From Peptococcaceae bacterium (lineage in GTDB: Bacteria; Bacillota; Dehalobacteriia; UBA4068; UBA4997), in assembly GCA_022797295.1 (NCBI GenBank), contig JAAWKH010000008.1, positions 1,380-65,379 on the forward strand: a stretch of DNA of 64,000 nucleotides, read 5' to 3'. How positions within the stretch are numbered: the stretch's first letter is position 1; each line of letters starts with the position of its first letter. This document shows positions 1 through 8,882 of this stretch, in pieces. Below the pieces are notes generated by a model. That model worked only from the letters and a program-made list of their open reading frames with translations. It made no database searches and was not told where the DNA came from. The position numbers were made by a program, and so were the translations under genes.

Positions 1-1
1 C

Positions 2-496
2 TATTGCCAGTGGAATCGGGTTTATGAAACCATTGAATTTATCAAACGGATGGATTATAAGCTGGTTGGTATTGCTTTTTGCGTGGGGTTGCAGCGGGAG
101 GCGGCGGCCTTTGATCGTTTGTTGCGGGAGCACGGCATTAAAACCTGTTCGCTGATTTGCAAAAACGGTGGTTTTGATAAAAACGAGTTTGGCATTTCCG
201 ATGACAACAAGCTGAAAGGCTGCGGATATGAGGCGGCTTGTAATCCGGTTGGCCAGGCTAAATTGCTGGCGGCTGCCGGCACGGATTTTAATGTAGTTAT
301 TGGTCTGTGCGTAGGACACGACACGCTGTTTTTCAAATATACCGAAACACCTTTCACCGTGCTGGTGGTGAAAGACCGCGTTTTGGGGCATAATCCTTGT
401 GTGGCATTGTATGGCGCAGAGGGCTATTTTAAGGGTGAGGGTTACTTCCGCAAAAAATTTGGCCTGCCGTTGCCAACAGAAAAGACTGATAAATAA
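2..496 (+). CDS. DUF1847 family Cys-rich putative metal-binding protein (5' end outside window)
   Basis: Frame is open from base 2 (YCQWNRVYETIEFIKRMDYKLVGIAFCVGL); motifs CNPVGQA, GLCVGHD and KDRVLGHNP are typical of DUF1847. Confidence 0.8.
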   Translation, partial: YCQWNRVYETIEFIKRMDYKLVGIAFCVGLQREAAAFDRLLREHGIKTCSLICKNGGFDKNEFGISDDNKLKGCGYEAACNPVGQAKLLAAAGTDFNVVIGLCVGHDTLFFKYTETPFTVLVVKDRVLGHNPCVALYGAEGYFKGEGYFRKKFGLPLPTEKTDK

Positions 497-505
497 GTTG
501 AGCGG

Positions 506-991
506 CTAAATCGTCAGTTGGGCGAATTTGGCCTCGCAAATTTTGGCCAGGTCCTGGGGCGCAAGGGTTATTTGTAGCCCCAGTTTGCCTGCACTTACTG
601 TTAAGCTGGTCAAGTCTTGCGCGCTGGCGTCGATAACAGTTGTAAAGTGTTTTTTCATACCAATAGGTGAGCAACCGCCTTTTACGTAGCCAGTGGTGGC
701 GGTGATTTCCTTGGACGGCAGCATTGCGATGGATTTTTCTCCCACACTAGCGGCGGCCTTTTTTAAGTCAAGCTCAGCGGCCACAGGGATAACAAAAACA
801 TAATTAGTGCGGCTGGCGGCTACTGTCACCAGTGTTTTGAAACACTCCTCCGGTTGCTTGCCAACGGCTTTGGCCACGCTGAGCCCGTCCATAAAGCTAT
901 CGCTGGGGTAGGCTGTATATTCATAACTGATGTGTTGCTGGTCAAGCGTGCGCATTGCATTTGTTTTGGCAACTTTTACTGTTTTAGACAT
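506..991 (-). CDS. ybaK: Cys-tRNA(Pro) deacylase, YbaK/EbsC family
   Basis: KTNAMRTL start, FKTLV, LDLKKAA, TGYVKGGCSPIG, VSAGKLG; start set at ATG 991 behind AGAGGTG RBS. Confidence 0.92.
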   Translation of the reverse strand: MSKTVKVAKTNAMRTLDQQHISYEYTAYPSDSFMDGLSVAKAVGKQPEECFKTLVTVAASRTNYVFVIPVAAELDLKKAAASVGEKSIAMLPSKEITATTGYVKGGCSPIGMKKHFTTVIDASAQDLTSLTVSAGKLGLQITLAPQDLAKICEAKFAQLTI

Positions 992-1055
992 TTTTACACC
1001 TCTTGTTGGGATTAAATTAATTTGAACAACAACTATTATAATATTTTTTTGGAGA

Positions 1056-2411
1056 TTGTCAATATTGTTATCAAATATAAATGAAAAGAATTTGCCGACG
1101 GCGGGTTTGCATCCAGGTGATATTATCATGCTGGAAATTGACGGCTACACTCACGATGGCCAGGGAGTGGGCAGGATGAATGGGGCTGTGGTTTTTGTGC
1201 GGGGCGCGTTGCAGGGCGAGCTGGTGCAGGCGGAAATTAAACGCGAGCGCCGAGGCGTGTTTTATGCGGATTTGCTGGCGGTGTTGCAAGCTAGCGGGCA
1301 GCGACAGGAGCCGGACTGCCCGGTTTACGCTAGCTGCGGCGGTTGTCATTTGCAGCATATGAGCTATGCTGAGGAGCTAAATTTCAAACAGCAGCAGGTG
1401 CAGGCGGCTTTGCAGCGTTTAGCTGGTTTGCAGGTGGAGTGCCGGCCGCCCCTACCGGCGGAGCAGATTTATCATTATCGCAACAAGGGTGTTTTTCACG
1501 TCAGCCGGCAGGAGAGTAGGTTGCAGCTGGGTTTTTGGGATGAGGCTTCGCACCAACCGGCCGGGGCGGCCTGCCAGCTGCTTTTTCCGCTACCCTTAAA
1601 CGAGCTGGTGGCGCATTTGCAACAGACAGGTTTGCCGCTTTGTGTCAGCGATGTTTTGTTGCGTTTCAGTTTTGCTGAAGAAAAAATTATGCTGTTTTTG
1701 CGCATCCAGCCTGGCAGCAGCAAAAAGGCTTTGGCTGAAGCCAGCCTTTGTTTGCAGCAAATTAGTCGGAATTTTGCTAATCTGGCGGTTTGGGGCTTGC
1801 AAACTGATACGGGCTGGCAAACTTTGTCTGCGGAAAAATATTTAACGGATACTTTGTCTGATGTGCGTTATCAGATTGCGCCTGAGGCTTTTTTTCAAGT
1901 GAACAATGTACAAACATTGCGCCTTTTACAGATGATTGAGCAGGCCTTGCCGCCGGACACGGAGCAACTTTTGGACGCTTACTGTGGCATTGGTACATTG
2001 GGCTTGGCTTTGGCTAAACATTTGCCTGGTCTGCGGCGTTTGCTTGGCATTGAACTAAACCGGGGCGCGGTTGCTAGCGCCAGGCAAAATGCCAGGTTGA
2101 ATGATTTGGTGCAAGCGGAGTTTTGGCTTGGCAAGGCGGAACAGGAATTTGCCAAAGTTTTGCGGCAAGGTTTTGTTCCTGACGCAGTGATTGTGGATCC
2201 GCCACGTCGCGGTTGTCATCAGCAGTTGTTAAATGGGCTTTTGCAGCTTGCGCCACGGCAGCTGATTTATGTTTCGTGTAATCCGGCCACTTTGGCCAGG
2301 GATTTGCGCTTGCTTTGCGCGGAAAAATATGCCGTGCAGCTGGTGCAGCCGGTGGATATGTTTCCTAGAACGCATCACGTGGAAACGGTAGTTTTACTTT
2401 CCAAGGGATAA
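1056..2411 (+). CDS. rlmD: 23S rRNA (uracil-5)-methyltransferase RlmD/RumA
   Basis: TRAM-like N-terminus, CPVYASCGGC Fe-S motif, FFQVN, DAYCGIG, DPPRRG, YVSCNPATLARD, DMFPRTHHVE. Start uncertain (alternative ATG 1128). Confidence 0.93.
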   Translation: MSILLSNINEKNLPTAGLHPGDIIMLEIDGYTHDGQGVGRMNGAVVFVRGALQGELVQAEIKRERRGVFYADLLAVLQASGQRQEPDCPVYASCGGCHLQHMSYAEELNFKQQQVQAALQRLAGLQVECRPPLPAEQIYHYRNKGVFHVSRQESRLQLGFWDEASHQPAGAACQLLFPLPLNELVAHLQQTGLPLCVSDVLLRFSFAEEKIMLFLRIQPGSSKKALAEASLCLQQISRNFANLAVWGLQTDTGWQTLSAEKYLTDTLSDVRYQIAPEAFFQVNNVQTLRLLQMIEQALPPDTEQLLDAYCGIGTLGLALAKHLPGLRRLLGIELNRGAVASARQNARLNDLVQAEFWLGKAEQEFAKVLRQGFVPDAVIVDPPRRGCHQQLLNGLLQLAPRQLIYVSCNPATLARDLRLLCAEKYAVQLVQPVDMFPRTHHVETVVLLSKG

Positions 2412-2486
2412 ATCAACTCGAAAAAGTGCGAGTGTAGACATATATTACGGCTAGTGAGAATGTATAATCATAATGGATAATGGCAT

Positions 2487-2530
2487 AACCGTCGTGTATG
2501 GTTCAACACTATATGCGACGGTTTGTTTGT
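2487..2530 (+). terminator. Hairpin, probable intrinsic terminator downstream of rlmD
   Basis: AACCGTCGTGTATGG / CTATATGCGACGGTT stem (with G-U pairs) followed by TGTTTGT. Confidence 0.6.
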
Positions 2531-2580
2531 ATTATAATAATGAAATAAGAAATTTTGATGTAAAAAAGGTTTGACACTGT

Positions 2581-2610
2581 CCAGTTACGGTGTTAAATCG
2601 TCCAGTTGCG
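2581..2610 (+). promoter_or_regulatory. LytTR-family binding site (paired direct repeat)
   Basis: CCAGTTACG (2581-2589), 12 bp spacer, CCAGTTGCG (2602-2610); 21 bp period, ~60 bp upstream of a LytTR regulator. Confidence 0.8.
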
Positions 2611-2668
2611 TTAATCAACTTTACTACCGCATTTATTTGTACGAATAAATAAATAGAGGAATATCAAA

Positions 2669-3394
2669 ATGATAAAAATAGCGATTTGTGATGACGAGGC
2701 CAATATTCGCAATTATCTTGCGTCATTAATTCGGGCGCAGCCCTGTAACTGTGAAGTTGTGGAGTATGCTTCCGCCATAGACTGTCTGACAGATTGTCGG
2801 GAAATTGACCTGCTGTTTTTAGACATAGAGCTATCCCCTGACCGTCCGGATGGCATGGCTCTGGCGCGAAAGATTAGGGAGAGGACTTCGGGGGCTTTGC
2901 CGGTCATTATCTTTGTAACTGGCTATGAGAAATATGTGTTTGACGCTTTTGATGTAGGTGCGTTCCAATACCTGCTGAAGCCGGTGAGTGAGAAAAGGTT
3001 TGCCCAGGTCTTTGAGCGGGCGGTAAAGCAAATTTTGACCGAACGGGTAAACCCACAAAGGAGCCGGGTGCTGACGCTTCAAGCCGCCAACATTAACAAG
3101 ACCGTACCTTTAGACGACATTTTTTACGTTGAAAGCAGCAATCACAAGGTTGTGCTGCATTTGCAGGACGGCGAATTTGCGTACTATGCCAAAATCCGGG
3201 ATTTGGAGTTGGAACTGCAAGACCAGTTTTTTCGTATCCATAAGGGGTATTTGGTCAACCTCTCCTATGTGGCCGGGTATAGCAAAACGGAAGTGATGTT
3301 GGTAAATGGAGAAAAGCTTTTGCTCTCCAAGTATAAGTACAAGGATTTTGTAAAGGCATATCTCCATTTTTTGCAGGCGGGGGCTGGCCTATGA
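2669..3394 (+). CDS. LytTR-family response regulator (AgrA/VirR-like)
   Basis: REC domain (IAICDD, LFLDI, FVTG, YLLKP) plus LytTR domain (FFRIHKGYLVNL). Confidence 0.95.
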   Translation: MIKIAICDDEANIRNYLASLIRAQPCNCEVVEYASAIDCLTDCREIDLLFLDIELSPDRPDGMALARKIRERTSGALPVIIFVTGYEKYVFDAFDVGAFQYLLKPVSEKRFAQVFERAVKQILTERVNPQRSRVLTLQAANINKTVPLDDIFYVESSNHKVVLHLQDGEFAYYAKIRDLELELQDQFFRIHKGYLVNLSYVAGYSKTEVMLVNGEKLLLSKYKYKDFVKAYLHFLQAGAGL

Positions 3395-4755
3395 GCGAAG
3401 CAGTATTTCAGATTTTTAGCAACGCCTTGTTTGGTGGGGCTGAACTAATCTATGCTATGCTGTTTGTTGCCTTTGTCAGGCCATTTTTGCCTGGCCGGGG
3501 TAGATGGATAAAGCTGGCAAGCGTTTTGGCCGTTTACCTCATTTTGAATAGCGTTTGTCCTTATGGCTCGTTCATCCTGATTTTAACACTGGTGATGCTG
3601 GCCGTGGCGAAATGCCTTGGTTTGCCCAAATCGCTTGTTTTTCTGCTGACGCTGCTTTATTTTAACGCCAGAATTTCTGGCGGTCTGTTGGTGCAAAGTC
3701 CGTATTTTATTATGGAACAATTTTTTCCTCAAAGCAGCGCGATGCCGGAAAGATTTTTGTTTTATTCTTCTCTGCTGACAATGCTGCTTTTGCTGTCACA
3801 CGTTGTCTTGCTGGCGGTCATGCTTTATGCCATTCAGCAACGGCTGCGCAAACAGCGTCTGACGCTTCGGCGGCGCGAGCTGTGTTATATCAGTTTGATA
3901 CCAACGGCGGGAATTTTGTTCGGTCAGCTGATTGCCCGGTTGTTATTCGAGGTCAAGGACGGAGTTCTGCTTCAGCTTTACGAACGACATCCAGCATTTT
4001 TGGCGGTAGTGCCGGCTCTGGCTCTGCTGTTTTATGCCGGGACTTATTTAACCATTGTATTTCAGCAGGGTATGGCGGCGCTGCAAGAGGAACAGTCCAG
4101 CCGTTATGTCGAACAGCAGCAGACGCAGGCAATTCGGGCGCGTATTCATGAGGCAGAACAGTTTTATGCCCACATTCGCGAGCTGAAACATGAAATGCGT
4201 GGGCATATGACCAACATTAAGAGTCTGGCGCGAAATGGTGAATACGACAGTTTGGTGGACTATATCGTTAAAATGGATGAGAACAAAAGCGACTTTGAAC
4301 TGACGCTGCAAACGGGCAACCCGGTTACAGATGTGATTGTCAACGATATACGGCGGCGGAGCCTTGACTTGGGTATTCGTTTCCAGCTGGATTTTCATTA
4401 TCCGGAGCTTGGAGCCTATGACACCTTTGACATGGGAATTATCCTGCAAAATCTTTTGCAAAATGCCGTAGAGGCCTGCGAGAAAGTTAATGAGGGTGCG
4501 CGTTTTATTGAACTGAGCAGCAAAAGAAAGGGACGTTTCTTTCTGATAGAGGTCAAAAACTCTTTTTCGGGCGAGGTGGTATTCGGGCCGGACGGTTTGC
4601 CGGTTACCAGCAAAAAAGAGGACGTTTTTCTGCATGGTATTGGGCTTGCCAATGTGCGCCGAGAAGCCGAAAAATATATGGGAGAATTGGAATTGAATAT
4701 CCAACCACAGGAATTTGTAGTAACAGTTTTATTACAGGAAAGGAGTGTATTATGA
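3391..4755 (+). CDS. Membrane sensor histidine kinase, AgrC/VirS-like GHKL type
   Basis: About 7 hydrophobic segments, H-box RELKHEMRGH, TGNPVTD, NLLQNAVEA, HGIGLANV; ATGA overlap with the regulator. Confidence 0.92.
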   Translation: MSEAVFQIFSNALFGGAELIYAMLFVAFVRPFLPGRGRWIKLASVLAVYLILNSVCPYGSFILILTLVMLAVAKCLGLPKSLVFLLTLLYFNARISGGLLVQSPYFIMEQFFPQSSAMPERFLFYSSLLTMLLLLSHVVLLAVMLYAIQQRLRKQRLTLRRRELCYISLIPTAGILFGQLIARLLFEVKDGVLLQLYERHPAFLAVVPALALLFYAGTYLTIVFQQGMAALQEEQSSRYVEQQQTQAIRARIHEAEQFYAHIRELKHEMRGHMTNIKSLARNGEYDSLVDYIVKMDENKSDFELTLQTGNPVTDVIVNDIRRRSLDLGIRFQLDFHYPELGAYDTFDMGIILQNLLQNAVEACEKVNEGARFIELSSKRKGRFFLIEVKNSFSGEVVFGPDGLPVTSKKEDVFLHGIGLANVRREAEKYMGELELNIQPQEFVVTVLLQERSVL

Positions 4756-5564
4756 ATACAGTTAAAGATTTACTATCTGGGCATTTCAAAAATTCTTATG
4801 GCGTGGAGGGCATGGATATTACAGGGCGGAGCGATTGGAAGCGGATTGTTCCGGTTTCGGATGAAATGAAAAATCACGTTTTGGCCGATGTTAAAAAAGC
4901 CTTTTATAAATATGGCGGTATGTCCGGTGGCAATAAGTCCGAAGAAGATGCTTATTATGATAAAATCCATAACTACATTAAGTCGGTTAATCAGCAGGAG
5001 CGTTCTGCAGTTGGTTGGACGCTGAGTCAACTGCATTTGGATCTGACAAATGCAGTGAACAGCGCGGTCAAGGAAAAAATGCCCAGCTGGACGCCTGGCC
5101 AGAGTATTCCCTCTGAGGTGCTGGATGAGATTTTTGCCAGCGAACGGATTACATCAATTATGTCGGGCCAATCTGGCGCCGCAGAAAATGCTGCTCTGCG
5201 CACGGACAGAGTAGAAATTTCTGAGGAAGGACGTTTGGCTGCCCAGCAGACACAAAATGAAAATGATGAAGAGGTATCGGAAAAACAGGGCGGCAATGTT
5301 GCTGTTAATGTGGGCAAGCGTGCCCGGCAAATTGCGGCGGCAGCCTCCAAGGAGCAGGTTCAGCAGGTGTTGGCTTTGTTGCAAAATGATATGTCGGAGT
5401 GTAAGGCTGGCTTGGAGCAGGGTATGTGCGATGAAGCGGAAATTGCCAAAGTAGAGGCACTGCTGAATCAGGCCAACTCTCGCTTGAGCCAGGTTCCTAA
5501 TGCAGCAGATTTGGAAAATCCGCAGGATGCTTTGAATGCGTTTGCGATGGCGTCGCTGATGTAA
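4752..5564 (+). CDS. Hypothetical protein; N-terminal DUF3879-like region, DRVEIS motif, helical C-terminus
   Basis: 270 aa with AGGAG RBS and ATGA overlap with the kinase stop; GMDITG..KRIVPVSDEMK resembles DUF3879 from recall only. Confidence 0.7.
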   Translation: MNTVKDLLSGHFKNSYGVEGMDITGRSDWKRIVPVSDEMKNHVLADVKKAFYKYGGMSGGNKSEEDAYYDKIHNYIKSVNQQERSAVGWTLSQLHLDLTNAVNSAVKEKMPSWTPGQSIPSEVLDEIFASERITSIMSGQSGAAENAALRTDRVEISEEGRLAAQQTQNENDEEVSEKQGGNVAVNVGKRARQIAAAASKEQVQQVLALLQNDMSECKAGLEQGMCDEAEIAKVEALLNQANSRLSQVPNAADLENPQDALNAFAMASLM

Positions 5565-5580
5565 AAAGGAAGGTTAAAAA

Positions 5581-6333
5581 ATGGCTAATATTATTCAACC
5601 AATATTTGGCACGCAAACATATAATGTTACTTCAAAGGCCAGTGAAACCAAACAGACTGGAACACGGGTCAATAGTTTTCTTGATATGGCGCTGTTGGCT
5701 ACCGAACGTGGTAAAACGGAGAGTTTAGAAGCAACGGCGGCTCCTTCCTTGGAAACTATGCTTAAAGCCAAATATCCCAATATTCACTATCATGTCTTCG
5801 ATGCCAGCAGCGGTTATTGGAGTACGCGGAATGACTATCCCCATTATCTGTTGTATCAAGATGGTGACAAAGCAAAGGAAACGCTGGAAAATTGGCAGCC
5901 CACAGGAGCCAACCCGTTCTATGGTTCTATTGACGGCAGGTTTACAGCTCCTAAGGAGATTCACGCCCTGAGTAGCGTTCCACCTGGCAGCAAAGCCGTA
6001 GTTATTCATCCAAAGGTGCAGGAGCGTATGGAGCAAGACCCGGCCTATGCCCAGGAAATATTTGCAAAGATTGACGCGTGGTTTGCCATTGATGTGGCTC
6101 GGAACGAGGCTATTATGCCCGGAAGTACACTTGGTATGTCACAGGCTGTTGCTATTGGGGAGGACGGGAATATCTGTAATGCCTGTTCCTCCAGTGCAGG
6201 TGGTGATATTACTTACTCCAAGAGCGGCTCGTATAGTCAAGAAAGTTGGTGGGATTTGCGTATGGCTCGCCATGCAGAGTTTATGAGGTTGGCACTGGAG
6301 AAACAAATCCAATCGGCGAGAATAAAACAATAA
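5581..6333 (+). CDS. Hypothetical protein (possibly DUF6033-like)
   Basis: 250 aa with AGGAAGG RBS; LKAKYP...VVIHPKVQERMEQDP pattern; family assignment tentative. Confidence 0.7.
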   Translation: MANIIQPIFGTQTYNVTSKASETKQTGTRVNSFLDMALLATERGKTESLEATAAPSLETMLKAKYPNIHYHVFDASSGYWSTRNDYPHYLLYQDGDKAKETLENWQPTGANPFYGSIDGRFTAPKEIHALSSVPPGSKAVVIHPKVQERMEQDPAYAQEIFAKIDAWFAIDVARNEAIMPGSTLGMSQAVAIGEDGNICNACSSSAGGDITYSKSGSYSQESWWDLRMARHAEFMRLALEKQIQSARIKQ

Positions 6334-6413
6334 ATGTTATTTTAAAAGTGTTTTGAGCCATTCTCCCAAAAACGTACAAAAAAGCAGATGAAAAAACGGA
6401 ATAAAAATAAAGC

Positions 6414-6456
6414 AAGGTAGATACAGGGTGGTTTTACCTGTCTCTACCTTTATTTT
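6414..6456 (+). terminator. Intrinsic terminator of the TCS-hypotheticals operon
   Basis: AAGGTAGATACAGG / CCTGTCTCTACCTT stem (1 mismatch) followed by TATTTT. Confidence 0.7.
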
Positions 6457-6573
6457 ACCATTACACTGCAACGGGGGATATTTATTTATACTTTGGGGGC
6501 GAAGTTAGGGCAATAGATATGTGCAGATATGCCTTTGCGGTGTTGAAGATTTTGTTTAGGGAAGTGTTCACAT

Positions 6574-6608
6574 AAAAAGGGAACTCATCGCAATCGCTAT
6601 GAGTTCCT
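6574..6608 (-). terminator. Intrinsic terminator of the HD-domain gene
   Basis: Minus strand: GGAACTCATAGC-GATT-GCGATGAGTTCC then CTTTTT. Confidence 0.75.
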
Positions 6609-6621
6609 AATATTATTAAAC

Positions 6622-7194
6622 CTAAAGATTGCCTTTCAGACCAACGGCTTCAGCACGTTCCTGTAAACCGGCGATAGTTTCTCGGATAACCTCATCCAGC
6701 TCCAGGCCTAGCAGCTCGCAGCCTTTGCGGATAACATCGCGGTTAACGCCGGCGGCAAAAGCTTTATCCTTAAACTTCTTTTTTACGGATTTCACTTCCA
6801 AATCCAGCACGCTTTTAGAGGGGCGCATTAGGCAGGTGGCGTTAATCAGTCCGCAAAGCTCATCCACGGTGTAAAGGGTTTTTTCCAGCTTGCTTTGTGG
6901 CTCAACATCAGTGCAAAGGCCCCAGCCGTGGCAGTTCATTGCCCGTATGTAAAGCTCGTCCAGGCCGCGCTCGCGCATAATTTCCTCTGATTTTTGGCAG
7001 TGTTGCTCCGGGAATTTTTCATAGTCCAGGTCATGCAGCAGGCCGGCTACGCCCCAAATCTCCTCGTCCTCACCGTTTAAGCGGCCAAAATGGGCCATCA
7101 CAGCTTCCACGGCCAAAGCGTGGTGCTGTAAGGCTTCGGTTTGGGTGTATTCAGTCAGCAGATTCCAGGCGTCGCTGCGGGATAATTTGTTCAT
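6622..7194 (-). CDS. HD/HDIG-domain metal-dependent phosphohydrolase
   Basis: HALAVEA...GLLHDLD...H...H...DEL; KKKFKDKAFAAGVNRD; AGGAGG RBS. Confidence 0.88.
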   Translation of the reverse strand: MNKLSRSDAWNLLTEYTQTEALQHHALAVEAVMAHFGRLNGEDEEIWGVAGLLHDLDYEKFPEQHCQKSEEIMRERGLDELYIRAMNCHGWGLCTDVEPQSKLEKTLYTVDELCGLINATCLMRPSKSVLDLEVKSVKKKFKDKAFAAGVNRDVIRKGCELLGLELDEVIRETIAGLQERAEAVGLKGNL

Positions 7195-7346
7195 TTGTTA
7201 ATCCTCCTGTGTAAATTAATTTGTTCATATTATATAATAATGAGCGATAATAAGCAACTGAAAAATCCGATTGATTTTGTATTTAGTTTAAGTTATAATA
7301 TTATTAAGTTATAATAAACAACAAATGAACACAGGGAGATGTTGCT

Positions 7347-8771
7347 ATGAATAAAGCGGAAATTGCAGAGGCGTTGCAGGCGCAAAAGGAATATTTTGCA
7401 GCTGGCTACACTACGAATTATATGAAAGGCAAAGCGTTTCGGAGCACTATGCTGGCCGATTTGCGGGACGCTTTGCAAAAATATGAGCCGCAACTGTTGC
7501 AGGCTTTGCAGCAGGATTTGGATAAAGCGGAATATGAGGCTTATACCACGGAAATTATTCCGATACAACAGGAAATGGAATATGTTTTCAAAAAAGGCGG
7601 TTCCTGGCTTAAAGAAAAAAGCGTGCTGCCTAACAAACTGACGGCTCACGGCACGGCTAAGGTGCAATACCTGCCCAAAGGTTGTGTGTTGATTATGGCG
7701 CCTTGGAACTATCCGCTTCTGTTGACGATTATGCCGCTGATTTCGGCTATTTTAGCTGGTAATTGCTGCGTGATTAAACCATCGGAGAGTGCGCCAGCCA
7801 CAGCGGCTGTGCTGGAGGAGATGATTAGCAACACTTTTAAGCCGGAATATATTCGGGTGATTAATGGTGACGCCGAAACTGCTCGTGCTTTAACAGAGGC
7901 CCCCTTTGATCATATCTTTTTTACCGGCAGCCAGCAGGTGGGGCGGCAGGTTATGGCGGCCGCGGCCAAAAATATGGCCTCGGTGACGCTGGAGTTGGGC
8001 GGTAAATCGCCGTGCATTGTTACGTCTTCGGCTAATATTTTCAAATCGGCTAAAAGTATTATCTGGGCCAAGCTGTTGAACTGTGGCCAAACTTGTGTGG
8101 CTCCTGATTATGTGTTGGTTAGTGAGGAGCAAAAGGATCCGTTTATATCCTCTCTGGTGTTTGCTATTAAGGAAATGTATGGTCAGGAGCCGTTACAATC
8201 GCCGGATTATGGGCGGATTGTTAATCGGCAGCATTTTGACCGTCTGTTGGCTTATATTGAGCCTTATCGTAACAAAGGCGGTTTGGTTTATGGCGGTCAG
8301 AGCGACGCTAGTCAGCTAAAACTGGCTCCTACGATTTTAAGCGGCGTTAACCTTGACGACCCAGTTATGCAGGAGGAAATTTTTGGGCCTATTTTGCCCG
8401 TGCTCACGTATGATAAAATCAGCAATGCCATTCGCTTTATTAACAGCCGGCCTGAGCCGTTGGCTTGCTATATGTTTGATAATACAGATGAACTTACCAG
8501 ACAGGTTTGCAGTAAGGTGCGCTGTGGCGGCATTTGCATTAATGATACTCTTACCCAAATGCTGCATCCTGGGCTGCCCTTTGGCGGTTTGGGAGCCAGC
8601 GGTTTTGGTCGCTATCACGGCGAGGCTGGTTTTGCAGAATTTTCTGTGCCGCAAGCTGTTTTCAAAAACCGAATGGGCGCAAATGCGTTGCGCTACGCGC
8701 CTTATACGGAAAGCAAGCTGCAAAAGCTTAAACAAACCTTTAAGCTGGGTATATTTGGTAAAAAATTTTAG
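7347..8771 (+). CDS. NAD(P)-dependent aldehyde dehydrogenase (ALDH3/YwdH-like)
   Basis: PWNYP, KPSE, FTGS, catalytic ELGGKSP and NCGQTCVAPD, EEIFGP, PFGG. Confidence 0.95.
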   Translation: MNKAEIAEALQAQKEYFAAGYTTNYMKGKAFRSTMLADLRDALQKYEPQLLQALQQDLDKAEYEAYTTEIIPIQQEMEYVFKKGGSWLKEKSVLPNKLTAHGTAKVQYLPKGCVLIMAPWNYPLLLTIMPLISAILAGNCCVIKPSESAPATAAVLEEMISNTFKPEYIRVINGDAETARALTEAPFDHIFFTGSQQVGRQVMAAAAKNMASVTLELGGKSPCIVTSSANIFKSAKSIIWAKLLNCGQTCVAPDYVLVSEEQKDPFISSLVFAIKEMYGQEPLQSPDYGRIVNRQHFDRLLAYIEPYRNKGGLVYGGQSDASQLKLAPTILSGVNLDDPVMQEEIFGPILPVLTYDKISNAIRFINSRPEPLACYMFDNTDELTRQVCSKVRCGGICINDTLTQMLHPGLPFGGLGASGFGRYHGEAGFAEFSVPQAVFKNRMGANALRYAPYTESKLQKLKQTFKLGIFGKKF

Positions 8772-8882
8772 TTAAAAAGCTAGCGCCGCTTCAATATTTT
8801 GTCTGATTTAACATATAATAAACCCAAAAACAAAGGGGTAATGGTTTTTATGATGCACAAGGGGCGGCGTTGGAATTGGCAG

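Larger units (their letters stand above)
2376..6571. mobile_element. Probable decayed genomic island/IME remnant integrated at the 3' end of rlmD (no integrase left)
   Basis: Abrupt shift to more AT-rich accessory DNA after rlmD HVE; degenerate foreign rlmD tail at 2409-2438; rlmD/rumA 3' ends are established ICE/IME integration sites in Bacillota. Right border approximate. Confidence 0.55.
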
